Positions 11,702 to 20,317 of a stretch of 64,000 nucleotides of DNA are shown piece by piece (position 1 is the first letter of the stretch; each line of letters opens with the position of its first letter). The translations under genes and the position numbers were made by a program. The stretch is taken from positions 128,001 through 192,000 of the forward strand of contig OY729426.1 of assembly GCA_963422365.1 (NCBI GenBank). Direction: 5' to 3'. Source of the stretch: Nitrospirales bacterium. Lineage in GTDB: Bacteria; Nitrospirota; Nitrospiria; Nitrospirales; UBA8639. Under the pieces are notes generated by a model. The model ran no database searches. It saw only the letters and a list, made by a program, of their open reading frames with translations, and was not told where the DNA came from.

Positions 11702-12895
11702 ATGCATATTACCAAACGAACCATTGATCAAATCGACCTCCAAGGCAAGCGTGTCATCATTCGTGCAGACTTTAACGTTCCACTCGACGAGTCTCTCCAA
11801 ATCACGGACGATTCTCGAATTCACGCGGCTATTCCCACGATCAATCATGTCGTTGACGAAGGGGCGAGTGTGATTCTGTGTTCACACTTGGGGCGTCCCA
11901 AAGGAACGGTCTGCCCGGAACTCAGCTTGACACCGGTGGCCAAACGTTTGAAGCGCCTTCTGGGGAAAGATGTGACGTTTGCGCCGTACTGCATGGGGCC
12001 GATCGTCAAAAACCTCGCAAGTCAATTACAACCCGGCGACATTCTGTTGCTGGAAAATCTCCGGTTTCATCCTGGAGAGGAAGCGAATGATGACCATTTT
12101 GCGTCGGAGTTAGCCTCGTTAGGTGATGTCTTTATCAATGAAGCGTTTGGGACCGCGCATCGGTCCCATGCCTCAACTGTCGGAATCCCCACGTTCATCA
12201 AGACTTCCGCGGCCGGCTATTTAATGCGGCAGGAAGTGGAGTACCTTGAGGGGGCCGTTGAAAATCCCACTCGCCCCTTTGTGGCAATTTTAGGGGGAGC
12301 GAAGGTATCGGGAAAAATTGGCGTGATCGAAAACCTTGGGAAAAAAGTTGATAAAGTCATTATTGGCGGAGGCATGGCTTTTACGTTTCTAAAAGCCACG
12401 GGTCTTGAAATCGGTCGATCCCTGGTCGAAGATGAGATGCTTGATTTCGCCAACGGCATTCACGAACATGCCCTCGAGCAAGGGATAAAATTTTATCTTC
12501 CGGTGGATTGCGTAGTCGCGGCCAGCCTGGACCCTGGTGCCGAAACGAAAATTGTTCCCATTCAAGAAATTCCCGAAGGATGGTATGGAATGGATATCGG
12601 CCCAGCCTCCGTCAAACTTTTTTCCGAGGCCGTTGAAAATGCCAAAACCATTCTCTGGAACGGGCCGATGGGCATGTTTGAACGAGACGCCTTTGCCCGA
12701 GGGACCCAAACCATGGTCCATGCCATCGCCAATGCCTATGCCCTCACGATAGTCGGGGGAGGAGCAACCGCCTTGGCCGTCCACCGCGCCGGTGAAACCG
12801 ACAACATGTCGTTTATTTCAACAGGGGGTGGCGCGGCGCTCCAATTGTTAGAGGGAGGGGACATGCCGGGACTTGCGGCACTACCGGATCGGTAA
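11702..12895 (+). CDS. pgk: Phosphoglycerate kinase
   Basis: RADFNVP, SHLGRP, LLENLRF, GGAKVS, WNGPMG, STGGGA. Confidence 0.97.
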   Translation: MHITKRTIDQIDLQGKRVIIRADFNVPLDESLQITDDSRIHAAIPTINHVVDEGASVILCSHLGRPKGTVCPELSLTPVAKRLKRLLGKDVTFAPYCMGPIVKNLASQLQPGDILLLENLRFHPGEEANDDHFASELASLGDVFINEAFGTAHRSHASTVGIPTFIKTSAAGYLMRQEVEYLEGAVENPTRPFVAILGGAKVSGKIGVIENLGKKVDKVIIGGGMAFTFLKATGLEIGRSLVEDEMLDFANGIHEHALEQGIKFYLPVDCVVAASLDPGAETKIVPIQEIPEGWYGMDIGPASVKLFSEAVENAKTILWNGPMGMFERDAFARGTQTMVHAIANAYALTIVGGGATALAVHRAGETDNMSFISTGGGAALQLLEGGDMPGLAALPDR

Positions 12896-12944
12896 TGGGT
12901 CTGACGCCTCCCTTTTCCCCTGATCTCCTCCGGTCACGGCTTTC

Positions 12945-13700
12945 GTGAAACCTCGACTCATAGCAGGCAATTGGAAAATGCACAAAACGGCTGCCGAGGC
13001 TGTCGAGTTTGTCCACCAATTTCGGCAAGCACTGGCTCATGACGTCTCCGTGGACATCCTCCTCATTCCGCCATTTACCGCCCTTGACGGCATCCAGCAC
13101 ATTCTCCATGCCGATGATCCATTCCGACTGGGAGCGCAAGACCTGTATTGGGAAACGGAGGGTGCTTACACAGGTGAGGTCTCCGGAGGCATGCTGAGAG
13201 ACGTGGGGTGTCAGGCGGTCATCATTGGACATTCAGAACGCCGGCGACTTTTGGGGGAAACCGATGCACACGTCAACAACAAGCTGAAAGCCGCCTTGCA
13301 CCATGATCTCGCTCCCATTCTCTGCGTGGGGGAAACCCTGGAGGAACGACAAGCCGGGCAGACGCAACACGTGGTCGAAGAACAAATAATCCAAGCACTA
13401 CACGATCTTCCTCCTGCTCAGCTGACGGGTCTCACCATTGCCTATGAACCGGTTTGGGCTATCGGCACCGGATGTGCCGCCACGGTCCGACAAGCCGAAG
13501 ACGTGCATGCCTTTCTTCGCTCAATCTTCACTATGGAATGGCCGCAAATCGGACAACAGATACGAATCATCTATGGAGGAAGCGTTTCTCCTGACAATGC
13601 CCAAGAACTCTTCAGGTCAGATGAGATCAATGGAGCTCTCGTAGGAAAAGCTTGTCTTGACCCTGAAGGCTTTGCTAAGATTTGTCGGATAGCATCCTAA
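12945..13700 (+). CDS. tpiA: Triosephosphate isomerase
   Basis: AGNWKM, IGHSERR, AYEPVWAIGTG, YGGSV. Confidence 0.97.
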   Translation: MKPRLIAGNWKMHKTAAEAVEFVHQFRQALAHDVSVDILLIPPFTALDGIQHILHADDPFRLGAQDLYWETEGAYTGEVSGGMLRDVGCQAVIIGHSERRRLLGETDAHVNNKLKAALHHDLAPILCVGETLEERQAGQTQHVVEEQIIQALHDLPPAQLTGLTIAYEPVWAIGTGCAATVRQAEDVHAFLRSIFTMEWPQIGQQIRIIYGGSVSPDNAQELFRSDEINGALVGKACLDPEGFAKICRIAS

Positions 13701-13737
13701 TCGTACAACGTTACCAAAAAGCTGTCGGGAAGCGTCG

Positions 13738-14088
13738 ATGTATACTGTCACCATCATTCTCCATCTCATAGCCTGTTTTTTAATGATTGCCGCGATCTTG
13801 CTGCAGGCAGGAAAAGGTGCAGAAATCGGCGCGTCATTCGGTGGATCCAGCCAAACGGTTTTTGGAAGTCGGGGGCCTGGTACGTTTCTCAGCAAGATCA
13901 CCATAGGCACCGCGATTATTTTCATGCTCACATCAATCAGCCTCGCGTTACTTTCCAAACAAGGAAACGTCGCTTCTTCGGTGATTGATATTCCCGCTGC
14001 TTCGAGCGAAGCCACCTCCTCCGGTCCGGCAAGCACGGAAGCCCCTCCTGAATCGTCCGAGCCTCACGCTGAAGACGCGGCACAGTAA
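13738..14088 (+). CDS. secG: Preprotein translocase subunit SecG
   Basis: ILLQAGKG...FGG...LSKIT, two TM segments, directly after tpiA. Confidence 0.93.
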   Translation: MYTVTIILHLIACFLMIAAILLQAGKGAEIGASFGGSSQTVFGSRGPGTFLSKITIGTAIIFMLTSISLALLSKQGNVASSVIDIPAASSEATSSGPASTEAPPESSEPHAEDAAQ

Positions 14089-14178
14089 TTTTTCTTGAAA
14101 TACGGAAAAAGGTGAACCCGGATTTTCACGCCTGATCGTCGTAAGACGGTCAAGGAGACGAGGACTGAGAAATCCGGT

Positions 14179-15093
14179 TTACACGGGAGTCAGCCAATGG
14201 GCGTGGGAGGGGTCTTCGCCCTTGACGATATCGAAAAAGGCTTTCTGCAGAAGATCCGTCACAGGCCCTCGTTTTCCAGTTCCAATTTGACGGTCATCAA
14301 TTTCACGAACCGGAGTCACTTCGGCAGCCGTCCCTGTGAGAAACACCTCCTCGGCAACATACAACGCATCCCGAGTGAACCGTTCTTCAACTACAGGGAT
14401 CTTGTTTCCCTGAGCCAGATCCAAAATGGCACGACGAGTGATGCCTTCCAGGATGGAGGTTAAAGGGGTGGTCTTGAGTACGCCCTTCGACACCAAAAAC
14501 ACATTTTCTCCGGTCCCCTCAGCCACGTAGCCTTCCGCATCTAAGAGAATGGCTTCATCGTAACCCGCATTTTTCGCTTCACACTTGGCTAAAATCGAAT
14601 TCACGTAGTAGCCAGGAACTTTCGCACGGGTCATGGAGACATTGACATGGTGTCGGGTAAATGAGGAAACCTTTGCCCGAATTCCCTGCACTAAGGCGTC
14701 CTCTCCCAAATAGGTGCCCCAAGGCCAAACGGCAATTGCCAGCTTCACGGGATTATTTCCCGGATACAGCCCCATTTCGCCATACCCCACGTAAAGCAAG
14801 GGACGGATATAACAGGAGTCCAGCTTATTGATCCGAACGGTTTCCACGATGGCTTCGGACACGTCCTTGCGACTATAGGGGACTGTCATCAGCATAATAT
14901 GCGCCGACTCGAAAAGCCGATCCACGTGCTCATGCAAACGAAAAATCACTGACCCTGTTTTCCCTTGGTAGCAACGAATGCCTTCGAAGGCTCCCAAGCC
15001 ATAATGCAAGGAATGCGTCAAAATATGGACAGAGGCTTCGTGCCAATTCACAAAGGTCCCATCCATCCAAATTTTTTCACTTGGCGTCACCAT
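14179..15093 (-). CDS. ilvE: Branched-chain amino acid aminotransferase
   Basis: HSLHYG, FEGIR, YIRP, EGTGEN, LEGITR, GTAAEVTP. Confidence 0.95.
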   Translation of the reverse strand: MVTPSEKIWMDGTFVNWHEASVHILTHSLHYGLGAFEGIRCYQGKTGSVIFRLHEHVDRLFESAHIMLMTVPYSRKDVSEAIVETVRINKLDSCYIRPLLYVGYGEMGLYPGNNPVKLAIAVWPWGTYLGEDALVQGIRAKVSSFTRHHVNVSMTRAKVPGYYVNSILAKCEAKNAGYDEAILLDAEGYVAEGTGENVFLVSKGVLKTTPLTSILEGITRRAILDLAQGNKIPVVEERFTRDALYVAEEVFLTGTAAEVTPVREIDDRQIGTGKRGPVTDLLQKAFFDIVKGEDPSHAHWLTPV

Positions 15094-15276
15094 GACCGGC
15101 CTTTCTGTTCTCGACGTTGGACAAAGAAATGTTTCTCGAACATACGTCCACGTATTTATACCGATGAGAGTCTCAGCCTGTCAATCAAACTTCTTGATTA
15201 CCCCAACACCCCAGAACATCTTGACACCTCCTTAAGGGCATGATACATGTACATGTAGTGAAAGGATGACTCTCTC

Positions 15277-15591
15277 ATGTACGCGATCTTAGAAACTGGC
15301 GGAAAACAATATCGGGTCGAACCGGGATCGATCCTTCAGGTCGAACAACTGCACGCCGAAACAGGGCAAACCTTGCAATTAAAGCCTGTTCGATTCATTT
15401 CGACGGATGAGGAACCCCTTCTGGGACAACCGTCCCTCGAACACGCTCATGTACAAGCCACGGTCATTCGAAACGGCCGCACTCGTTCAATCACGGTGTT
15501 TAAGAGAAAACGACGAAAGAATTACCGAAAAACCCGTGGACATCGTCAATCATTCACCCAACTCCGAATCGATGAAATCATCACAGGGTAG
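15277..15591 (+). CDS. rplU: 50S ribosomal protein L21
   Basis: MYAILETGGKQY...GHRQ. Confidence 0.97.
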   Translation: MYAILETGGKQYRVEPGSILQVEQLHAETGQTLQLKPVRFISTDEEPLLGQPSLEHAHVQATVIRNGRTRSITVFKRKRRKNYRKTRGHRQSFTQLRIDEIITG

Positions 15592-15612
15592 CGAGTAGGA
15601 CAAGGACCCGGC

Positions 15613-15867
15613 ATGGCACATAAAAAAGGTGGCGGTTCATCGCGAAACGGACGTGACAGTAATCCTCAGTATCTGGGAGTCAAACGATACGCCGATGAAC
15701 AGGTTCAACCGGGCAATATTCTTATTCGCCAACGAGGCACCAAGTTTTATCCTGGCTATAATGTCGGGATGGGCAAAGATCATACTCTCTTTGCCAAGAT
15801 TGCTGGAATCGTGAAATTTGAGGGGGGCGACGCGCGACGCAAGATTAGCGTGTATCCCTCAACGTAA
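15613..15867 (+). CDS. rpmA: 50S ribosomal protein L27
   Basis: [16 protein letters not shown]. Confidence 0.97.
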   Translation: MAHKKGGGSSRNGRDSNPQYLGVKRYADEQVQPGNILIRQRGTKFYPGYNVGMGKDHTLFAKIAGIVKFEGGDARRKISVYPST

Positions 15868-15948
15868 ACCACTATCTGGTTTATCTTTCGATCCTCCCTG
15901 TTTTCTTTCTTCCCAATCTTCCTATGACCATCGGGCTGATGGCGACTT

Positions 15949-16956
15949 ATGTTTATCGACCATGCAAGAATTTTTGTCCGATCCGGCAACGGCGGGAATG
16001 GGGGCTGCAGTTTCAGACGGGAAAAATTTGTACCCTATGGTGGCCCGGATGGCGGTGACGGCGGGCATGGAGGAAACATCGTCATCACGGCCTCAACCGG
16101 TGTGACGACATTGCTCGACCTGAAGTACCGACGCCATTATGAGGCCGAGTCAGGCTCTCCAGGGCAAAGAGCCAATCGACATGGTCGCTCTGGCTCCGAC
16201 GTGACGATCACCGTGCCGGCAGGAACCCTGATCAAAAATGCAGAGACCCAAGACCTCCTGGCGGATTTAGTGACACCCGGCCAAAGTGCGATCGTGGCCA
16301 GGGGCGGAAAAGGCGGAAAAGGGAACGCCCGGTTCTCCACCTCCACGAACCGAGCACCACGAGAGTGTGAAGCGGGTGCATCCGGAGAAGAGTTGCAACT
16401 CGATCTGGAACTGAAACTCTTGGCCGACGTCGGTCTTGTAGGGTTTCCAAACGCTGGAAAGTCCACGCTGATTTCCACGCTCTCGGCCGCTCACCCGGAA
16501 ATTGCCGATTATCCTTTCACAACCCTGCAGCCACATTTAGGGGTCGTCGCCATAGGCGAGTACGACAGTTTCGTCATGGCCGACATTCCCGGATTGATTA
16601 AAGGAGCCCATGCGGGCAAAGGCTTAGGGCATCAATTTCTTAAGCATATTCAACGCACGCGCTTTCTGCTGTATCTTATTGATATTTCCGAATGGACCAC
16701 GGATGATCCCGTGAACACGTTGCACGTGTTACAAGACGAGCTCTCCGCGTTTGATCGAACATTGGGTCCACGTGCTTTTGCCGTCGTCGGGACCAAAGTC
16801 GATATCCAAGGCAGTGGGCAGCATCGTCTGGAGATCCAGGACTATTGCCAGGAACATCAGATTTCCTTTTTTCCGATCTCCTCGGCCACACGTGAAGGAC
16901 TCGAGGCTTTACGCACATTTCTTGCCCAACACCTTCATGAAGTTGACACAGCATGA
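15949..16956 (+). CDS. obgE: GTPase ObgE/CgtA
   Basis: FRREKFVPYGGPDGGDGG, GFPNAGKST, YPFTT, DIPG. Confidence 0.97.
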   Translation: MFIDHARIFVRSGNGGNGGCSFRREKFVPYGGPDGGDGGHGGNIVITASTGVTTLLDLKYRRHYEAESGSPGQRANRHGRSGSDVTITVPAGTLIKNAETQDLLADLVTPGQSAIVARGGKGGKGNARFSTSTNRAPRECEAGASGEELQLDLELKLLADVGLVGFPNAGKSTLISTLSAAHPEIADYPFTTLQPHLGVVAIGEYDSFVMADIPGLIKGAHAGKGLGHQFLKHIQRTRFLLYLIDISEWTTDDPVNTLHVLQDELSAFDRTLGPRAFAVVGTKVDIQGSGQHRLEIQDYCQEHQISFFPISSATREGLEALRTFLAQHLHEVDTA

Positions 16957-18077
16957 GAGATTCCATCCTCTCACACGCCAAACGTCTCGTCATTAAAATA
17001 GGCAGTAGCCTTCTGGCCGCTCGATCGGCAGGATTGCGGCTCGACCACATTCAACGCCTCTCCGCTGAAATCGCTCGGCTCAACCAGGAAGCACGAGAAA
17101 TCGTCTTGGTGTCATCAGGGGCCATTGTGGCAGGCATTGCAAAGCTCGACCTCAAGGCCTATCCCCAAACCCTCCCCTTGAAACAGGCCGCGGCTTCAGC
17201 AGGACAAAGCCGGCTCATGCATGCCTATGAAACCTGTTTCCAGGAAGCCGGACAAAAAATTGCCCAGGTGTTGCTCACGCATCAAGACCTGGCCGATCGA
17301 AAACGTTTTCTCAACGCACGGCACACGCTCACGACATTGCTTCAATTGAGGGTTATTCCCATCATCAATGAAAATGATGCAGTCTCGGTAGATGAAATTC
17401 GTTTTGGCGACAATGACACCCTCGCAGCTCAAGCCGCTCATCTGGTGGATGCGGATCTTTTGATTATCCTCTCGGACGTCGACGGACTGTTCACCCAAGA
17501 CCCGCGACACCATCCGGAGGCCACGTTGATTGCCCACATTACGGACATGACACCAGACATCGAACAAGGAGCAGGAACCTCTCAGAGTCAAGAAAGCCGC
17601 GGAGGAATGGTGACGAAAATCCAGGCGGCAAAACTGGCCCGTCAATTTGGAGTCCCGACGTTATTACTCAATGGTGAAACCCCTGACTTGCTGCAGAGCG
17701 TCTTTGCCGGATCCGAACAGGGCACCCTGTTCTTTCCCCAAGGCCGGAAACTGCCTAGCCGCAAACACTGGATTGCCTATACGCTACGATCGAAAGGACA
17801 ACTCGTGCTGGATTCCGGAGCCGTCAAGGCACTGACTAGCCGAGGGAAAAGCTTGCTGCCTTCCGGGATTATTGAAGTGAAGGGAACCTTTGTGGCAGGT
17901 GATCCCGTTTCTTGCGTGGATGCGGATGGAAAAGAGTTTGCCAAAGGACTGGTGAATTTTTCATCGGAAGTCGTGTCCGGGATCAAGGGGTGCCGAACAC
18001 AAGAGATTCACCGTGAGTCGGGAACTCACGAATATGAAGAAGTGATCCACAGGGACAACCTTGCGCTGTTGGTCTAA
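16953..18077 (+). CDS. proB: Glutamate 5-kinase
   Basis: KIGSS, INENDA, FGDNDTL, GGMVTK, C-terminal PUA domain. Confidence 0.96.
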   Translation: MRDSILSHAKRLVIKIGSSLLAARSAGLRLDHIQRLSAEIARLNQEAREIVLVSSGAIVAGIAKLDLKAYPQTLPLKQAAASAGQSRLMHAYETCFQEAGQKIAQVLLTHQDLADRKRFLNARHTLTTLLQLRVIPIINENDAVSVDEIRFGDNDTLAAQAAHLVDADLLIILSDVDGLFTQDPRHHPEATLIAHITDMTPDIEQGAGTSQSQESRGGMVTKIQAAKLARQFGVPTLLLNGETPDLLQSVFAGSEQGTLFFPQGRKLPSRKHWIAYTLRSKGQLVLDSGAVKALTSRGKSLLPSGIIEVKGTFVAGDPVSCVDADGKEFAKGLVNFSSEVVSGIKGCRTQEIHRESGTHEYEEVIHRDNLALLV

Positions 18078-18082
18078 CCACC

Positions 18083-18796
18083 TTGTCCGTCATTCGCCCC
18101 ATGCTCCGTAGCACGGTGAGCGATTCCCCATTCACTCGAATCGGTTTACTGGGTGGCACGTTCAACCCCATTCATCACTGCCACCTTTCGATTGCCAGGG
18201 AAGCGCAACGCGCCTTAGCACTCGATCACGTGATCTTCATTCCTTCAGGCGACCCACCTCACAAATCACGTGCATCGCTGGCCCCGGCTCACCATCGATT
18301 GAGCATGGTGAAACAGGCCATCGCGGGGCTGGCGGACCTTACGGTTTCCGATGTAGAAACCACCGTACCGGATACATCCTATACCATCGAGACGGTACAA
18401 ACGCTTCGAGAAACCGTAAAGGGCGAACTCTGGTTCATCATCGGCCTCGATGCGTTTCTTGAGATTGCCGGATGGAAATCGGTTGAGACCTTATTGTCCT
18501 CGACAAACTTTCTTGTGCTCTCGCGACCAGACTTTCACTTTTCCCAAGTGGCCTCGCTGCCGCTGTTATCTTCTCTCCCGCCCACGCAACTTCAGCGTTT
18601 AGATTCCGGCCAACACCATCGTCTGGATCTCGCCATCGGACCGCAAGCCACGATCACGTTTCTGCGGATTGCCCCTTGTCGGGTGTCCGCGTCCGCCGTC
18701 CGCGAACGAATTCTGAAGGGGTTGGACGTCACGGATTGGTTGCCACCCCAGGTCCATTCTTATATAATTCAACATCACTTGTACGTCCCGCATTAA
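18083..18796 (+). CDS. nadD: Nicotinate-nucleotide adenylyltransferase
   Basis: GGTFNPIH, PPHK, IIGLD, VSAS; exact start uncertain. Confidence 0.92.
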   Translation: MSVIRPMLRSTVSDSPFTRIGLLGGTFNPIHHCHLSIAREAQRALALDHVIFIPSGDPPHKSRASLAPAHHRLSMVKQAIAGLADLTVSDVETTVPDTSYTIETVQTLRETVKGELWFIIGLDAFLEIAGWKSVETLLSSTNFLVLSRPDFHFSQVASLPLLSSLPPTQLQRLDSGQHHRLDLAIGPQATITFLRIAPCRVSASAVRERILKGLDVTDWLPPQVHSYIIQHHLYVPH

Positions 18797-18807
18797 GGAG
18801 GAGCCAT

Positions 18808-19227
18808 ATTTCAGACGTCAGACACAAAGCGTTGCTCATTGGGGGAATGGCCCTTGATAAACAAGCCTCCGATGTCATGGTCCTTCAAGTAGAACACCTC
18901 ACCTCAATTGCCGACTATTTCGTCATTTGTTCTGGAAATTCGGAACGCCAAGTCAAAGCCATTGCCGAAGCTATTCGGCAAGAAATGGCACGTCGTTTTA
19001 AGGATCACGCTACCCTAGAAGGAAAAGCCGCAGCGAACTGGATCCTTCTCGATTATCGAGACATCATCGTTCATATTTTCCGGGAAGATATTCGCACGTA
19101 TTACGGCATTGAAAATATGTGGAGAGACGCCCCGCAAATCCCGCCAACGGAATATGATACGCTTGCCCTGGGGCACTTTTCGTCACAGCCGAATGAATCC
19201 ACAAAGGTGTTTCATCAAGCAAGCTGA
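18808..19227 (+). CDS. rsfS: Ribosome silencing factor RsfS (Iojap), probable ATT start
   Basis: DKQA..V..L, ADYFVICSGNSERQV, WILLDY, HIF...R.YY.IE.MW; follows nadD. Confidence 0.9.
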   Translation: MSDVRHKALLIGGMALDKQASDVMVLQVEHLTSIADYFVICSGNSERQVKAIAEAIRQEMARRFKDHATLEGKAAANWILLDYRDIIVHIFREDIRTYYGIENMWRDAPQIPPTEYDTLALGHFSSQPNESTKVFHQAS

Positions 19228-19276
19228 CACAGTCTTTTTTTGCAAACACCCCGTCTTGCACAAAGGGAGTAAGCGA

Positions 19277-20317
19277 ATGCCTCAATTTGACATTCTCGCG
19301 GAACAGGTGCTGCAGGGCCATTCGGTCACCCGTGAAGAAGGCTTGGAGATACTCCAAACCAACGACGCCCAACTCTTACCCCTTCTCAATGCCGCGTATA
19401 AGATTCGTCACGCCTATTTTGGTCGAAAAGTGACCATCCAAATGTTGTTCAATGCGAAAAGCGGCGCTTGTCAGGAAGATTGCCACTATTGTTCGCAATC
19501 CAGTATCTCCACCGCTTCCATTGACCGCTATGCGTTAGTAGCCCCGGAGGAAATGCTCAAGGGTGCTCATCGGGCCTATGAGGCCAAAGCCCAACGATAC
19601 TGTGTGGTGATCAGCGGAAGAAGCCCGCTCGACAAAGAAATGAACGACATTGCCGCTGCGGTGAAGCAGATCAAACAGGAACTTCCCATGCAGGTCTGCT
19701 GTTCCTTGGGACTCCTCACCGAACCCCAGGCCAGACAACTCAAAGCCGCCGGCGTCGATCGCATCAACCACAATTTAAACACGAGCGAAACCTATCACGC
19801 CTCCATCTGCACGACCCATACGTATCAAGATCGGCTGACCACCTTACAACACGCCCGAGCCGCCGGATTAGAGTTGTGTTCAGGCGGGATTGTCGGGATG
19901 GGAGAATCCGATGAAGATCTTCTCGATCTTGCCTTCGCCCTGCGAGACATCAACCCCGACTCGATTCCATTGAATATGCTGCATCCGATTCCAGGAACCC
20001 CCTTAGCCGACGCCACGCATCCCCGATTCGATCCCCAATCAGGCCGGGGACAAGCGTCGGGAACAGGCTTGACTCCGCACCGATGCCTCACCATCTTCTG
20101 CCTGTTTCGTTTTCTCCATCCGCGACGGGAACTCCGCGCGGCCGGCGGACGTGAGTTCAATCTTCGATCCCTGCAACCTCTGGCCCTGTACGTCGCGGAT
20201 TCGCTGTTCGTCAACGGCTATTTAACGACCCAGGGAGACCCTGCCCACGAAGTGCAACGAATGATTGAAGACATGGGCTTTAAAGTGGCGATCCATTCAC
20301 CAACCTGCCAAGCTTAA
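19277..20317 (+). CDS. bioB: Biotin synthase, with an in-frame palindromic insertion
   Basis: KSGACQEDCHYCSQS radical-SAM motif, NHNLNTS, CSGGIVGMGE, GYLTT. Confidence 0.95.
   Translation: MPQFDILAEQVLQGHSVTREEGLEILQTNDAQLLPLLNAAYKIRHAYFGRKVTIQMLFNAKSGACQEDCHYCSQSSISTASIDRYALVAPEEMLKGAHRAYEAKAQRYCVVISGRSPLDKEMNDIAAAVKQIKQELPMQVCCSLGLLTEPQARQLKAAGVDRINHNLNTSETYHASICTTHTYQDRLTTLQHARAAGLELCSGGIVGMGESDEDLLDLAFALRDINPDSIPLNMLHPIPGTPLADATHPRFDPQSGRGQASGTGLTPHRCLTIFCLFRFLHPRRELRAAGGREFNLRSLQPLALYVADSLFVNGYLTTQGDPAHEVQRMIEDMGFKVAIHSPTCQA
20019..20063. repeat. Palindromic repeat element inside the bioB coding sequence
   Basis: 37/45 ungapped identity to the reverse complement of intergenic 60871-60915; nested stems CCCGA/TCGGG and TCCCC/GGGGA. 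Confidence 0.75.
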
